This document shows positions 27,715-28,829 of a stretch of 28,829 bases of DNA, one piece after another. The notes below the pieces were generated by a model, which worked only from the letters and a program-made list of their open reading frames with translations, searched no databases and had not been told where the DNA came from. Every line of letters starts with the position of its first letter. The stretch's first letter is position 1. The translations under genes were made by a program, and so were the position numbers. The DNA comes from Myxococcales bacterium (GTDB lineage: Bacteria > Myxococcota_A > Polyangia > Palsa-1104), in assembly GCA_023248835.1 (NCBI GenBank), contig JAHFDU010000002.1, forward strand, positions 1-28,829, written 5' to 3'.

Positions 27715-27860
27715 CGCCTGTCAAAGTTCGACCACAACCCTTGATCGGTACCTGTTTGAGCACTGCGAATTCCGGCGTTCTGGGGAGGGGAGGCGTTCTG
27801 GGGACGGATCTTGATATCTTGACTGTGCCACTCTAGCTATAGTCCCCTCCTATTAGTCCC

Positions 27861-28829
27861 CTATAGGCCGAGGTCCAGCACATGAGGAAACTCGTCTTGG
27901 CGTGCAGGACGCTCATTCGGCGTGTGGCACGCGGAGCAATTGTACACTGCGTGGCCCTCCGTTTTGATGGTTGCGCTAGTCAGGGGATGAGTCTCACTCT
28001 GGTTGGCCAGCAAACGATCTGCCCACTCGATCCGCCGGTCGATTTCGCTCTTGAGTGGCCAGTGATCGGTTCTGCTACCTACGCCAGGAGCGAACTTAAG
28101 CATGTTGAGCATGACCTTCACCTTAATGAGCTCGCCATGCACCTTGGGGTCGAGCGGCTGTCCCGGTTCGGGCCGCTTACGAACTGCCGCGGTGAGATAA
28201 ACATCTGCGAGAATGAGAAAGGCTGCCTGTTGGCTAAACGGTGTTCGCTCACCGGAGACACATTTGCTTTTGATTTGCGGCTCGTCGGAAGTGCAAGGCG
28301 AATTCTTACCGGTAAAGGCGTCCGCCAGCCTTTTGATTCTCTCGAGGTCGATCGGTCCCACCTCTTCGACTTCGCGGGCGACAATCATGGCTGAAAAGGT
28401 ATTAAACACCTGACTCTCTTGGCTCTGCTCGGCAACGTGCAGGAGCTGAGAATAGTCATCCTCGCCAGTGCGAACTCGGGTGCCGGTGTACCAGCCCTGT
28501 ACACGCGCATCATTTGGTAGCACGCGATGGGCAAGCTCCATGTAGTGACGAGCGCGCAGCAGCCGCTCCAGGAGGGCCGCTTGGGTCGATCCGTTGGCCG
28601 GTTTTGATTTTCGGTCTTGGAAGTCTTGCAGGTGCAGGTAGCCCTGGCGAATCCCGTCGCTCGAGTTGAGAATGAGAAGTCCCATATACGCAAGCGACAG
28701 GGCCGCATGCTCGCGCACCTCCTTGTCGCCATCGTCGAGGGCACAGATCACAGCTCCCTCATGCGCAAGCAGCCATTTTTCGAACTGTGCAACTCCAGGC
28801 TGGGCGAAATCGAGGAAGCGAAAATAGCC
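27861..28829 (-). CDS. hypothetical protein, C-terminal >=323 aa; 5' end beyond window end
   Basis: Minus-strand frame open from the window edge to TAG at 27861-27863, with strongly G/C-biased third positions. The ORF-track GTG 'start' at 28751 is internal. The competing plus ORF 27882-28394 was judged antisense. No recognised domain. Confidence 0.5.
   Translation of the reverse strand, partial: GYFRFLDFAQPGVAQFEKWLLAHEGAVICALDDGDKEVREHAALSLAYMGLLILNSSDGIRQGYLHLQDFQDRKSKPANGSTQAALLERLLRARHYMELAHRVLPNDARVQGWYTGTRVRTGEDDYSQLLHVAEQSQESQVFNTFSAMIVAREVEEVGPIDLERIKRLADAFTGKNSPCTSDEPQIKSKCVSGERTPFSQQAAFLILADVYLTAAVRKRPEPGQPLDPKVHGELIKVKVMLNMLKFAPGVGSRTDHWPLKSEIDRRIEWADRLLANQSETHPLTSATIKTEGHAVYNCSACHTPNERPARQDEFPHVLDLGL

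Noticed and set aside
27125-27763. 212-aa minus ORF spanning the parA 5' end, the AT-rich spacer and the small ORF
   Set aside because: It crosses a compositional boundary and an intergenic AT-rich region. Its translation is Arg/Ser-rich nonsense.
27882-28394. 170-aa plus ORF opposite the terminal unknown protein
   Set aside because: The minus frame is open for >=323 codons to the window edge with G/C-rich third positions. The plus frame is Cys/Arg-rich with poor codon bias.

Overview
High-GC (~60-63%) bacterial chromosomal window, gene dense, mixing housekeeping and accessory genes. Gene content (sigma-54-like promoter, IHF, Tad pilins, PilZ) looks deltaproteobacterial/myxobacterial, but the taxon cannot be fixed from this sequence alone. 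Left to right: a partial TonB-dependent receptor (minus, runs off the left edge, missed by the ORF track); urocanase hutU (minus); a divergently transcribed flotillin/SPFH protein with four internal repeats; tRNA-Pro(GGG) (minus) with a shared hairpin terminator; a MerR regulator plus ihfA (minus). Then a carbohydrate block on the plus strand: GH15 glycoside hydrolase, zwf, opcA, pgl and a 49-aa very basic ORF. Then a Cys-rich lipoprotein, a hypothetical protein, lon, an N-terminally decayed LysR remnant, and a secreted FN3-domain protein with a conserved C-terminal segment. Then a Tad/Flp-type pilin module: two Flp pilins, prepilin peptidase, TadE-like, TadG-like, TadE-like, and a membrane hypothetical. 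No secretin, ATPase or platform genes occur in the window. Next come a Phd/YefM-VapC toxin-antitoxin pair and, on the minus strand, a translationally coupled parA-parB-PilZ/pseudo-receiver-NUDIX operon. The last ~1.5 kb is lower GC with an AT-rich spacer, short direct repeats, a 59-aa ORF and a partial unknown protein. A family of ~125-bp palindromic REP/MITE-like repeats occurs at four loci. Two copies sit inside the pilin operon, where the ORF track reads them through into gene N-termini. Several ORF-track starts are GTG/TTG and have been re-evaluated. Many long antisense ORFs are GC artefacts.
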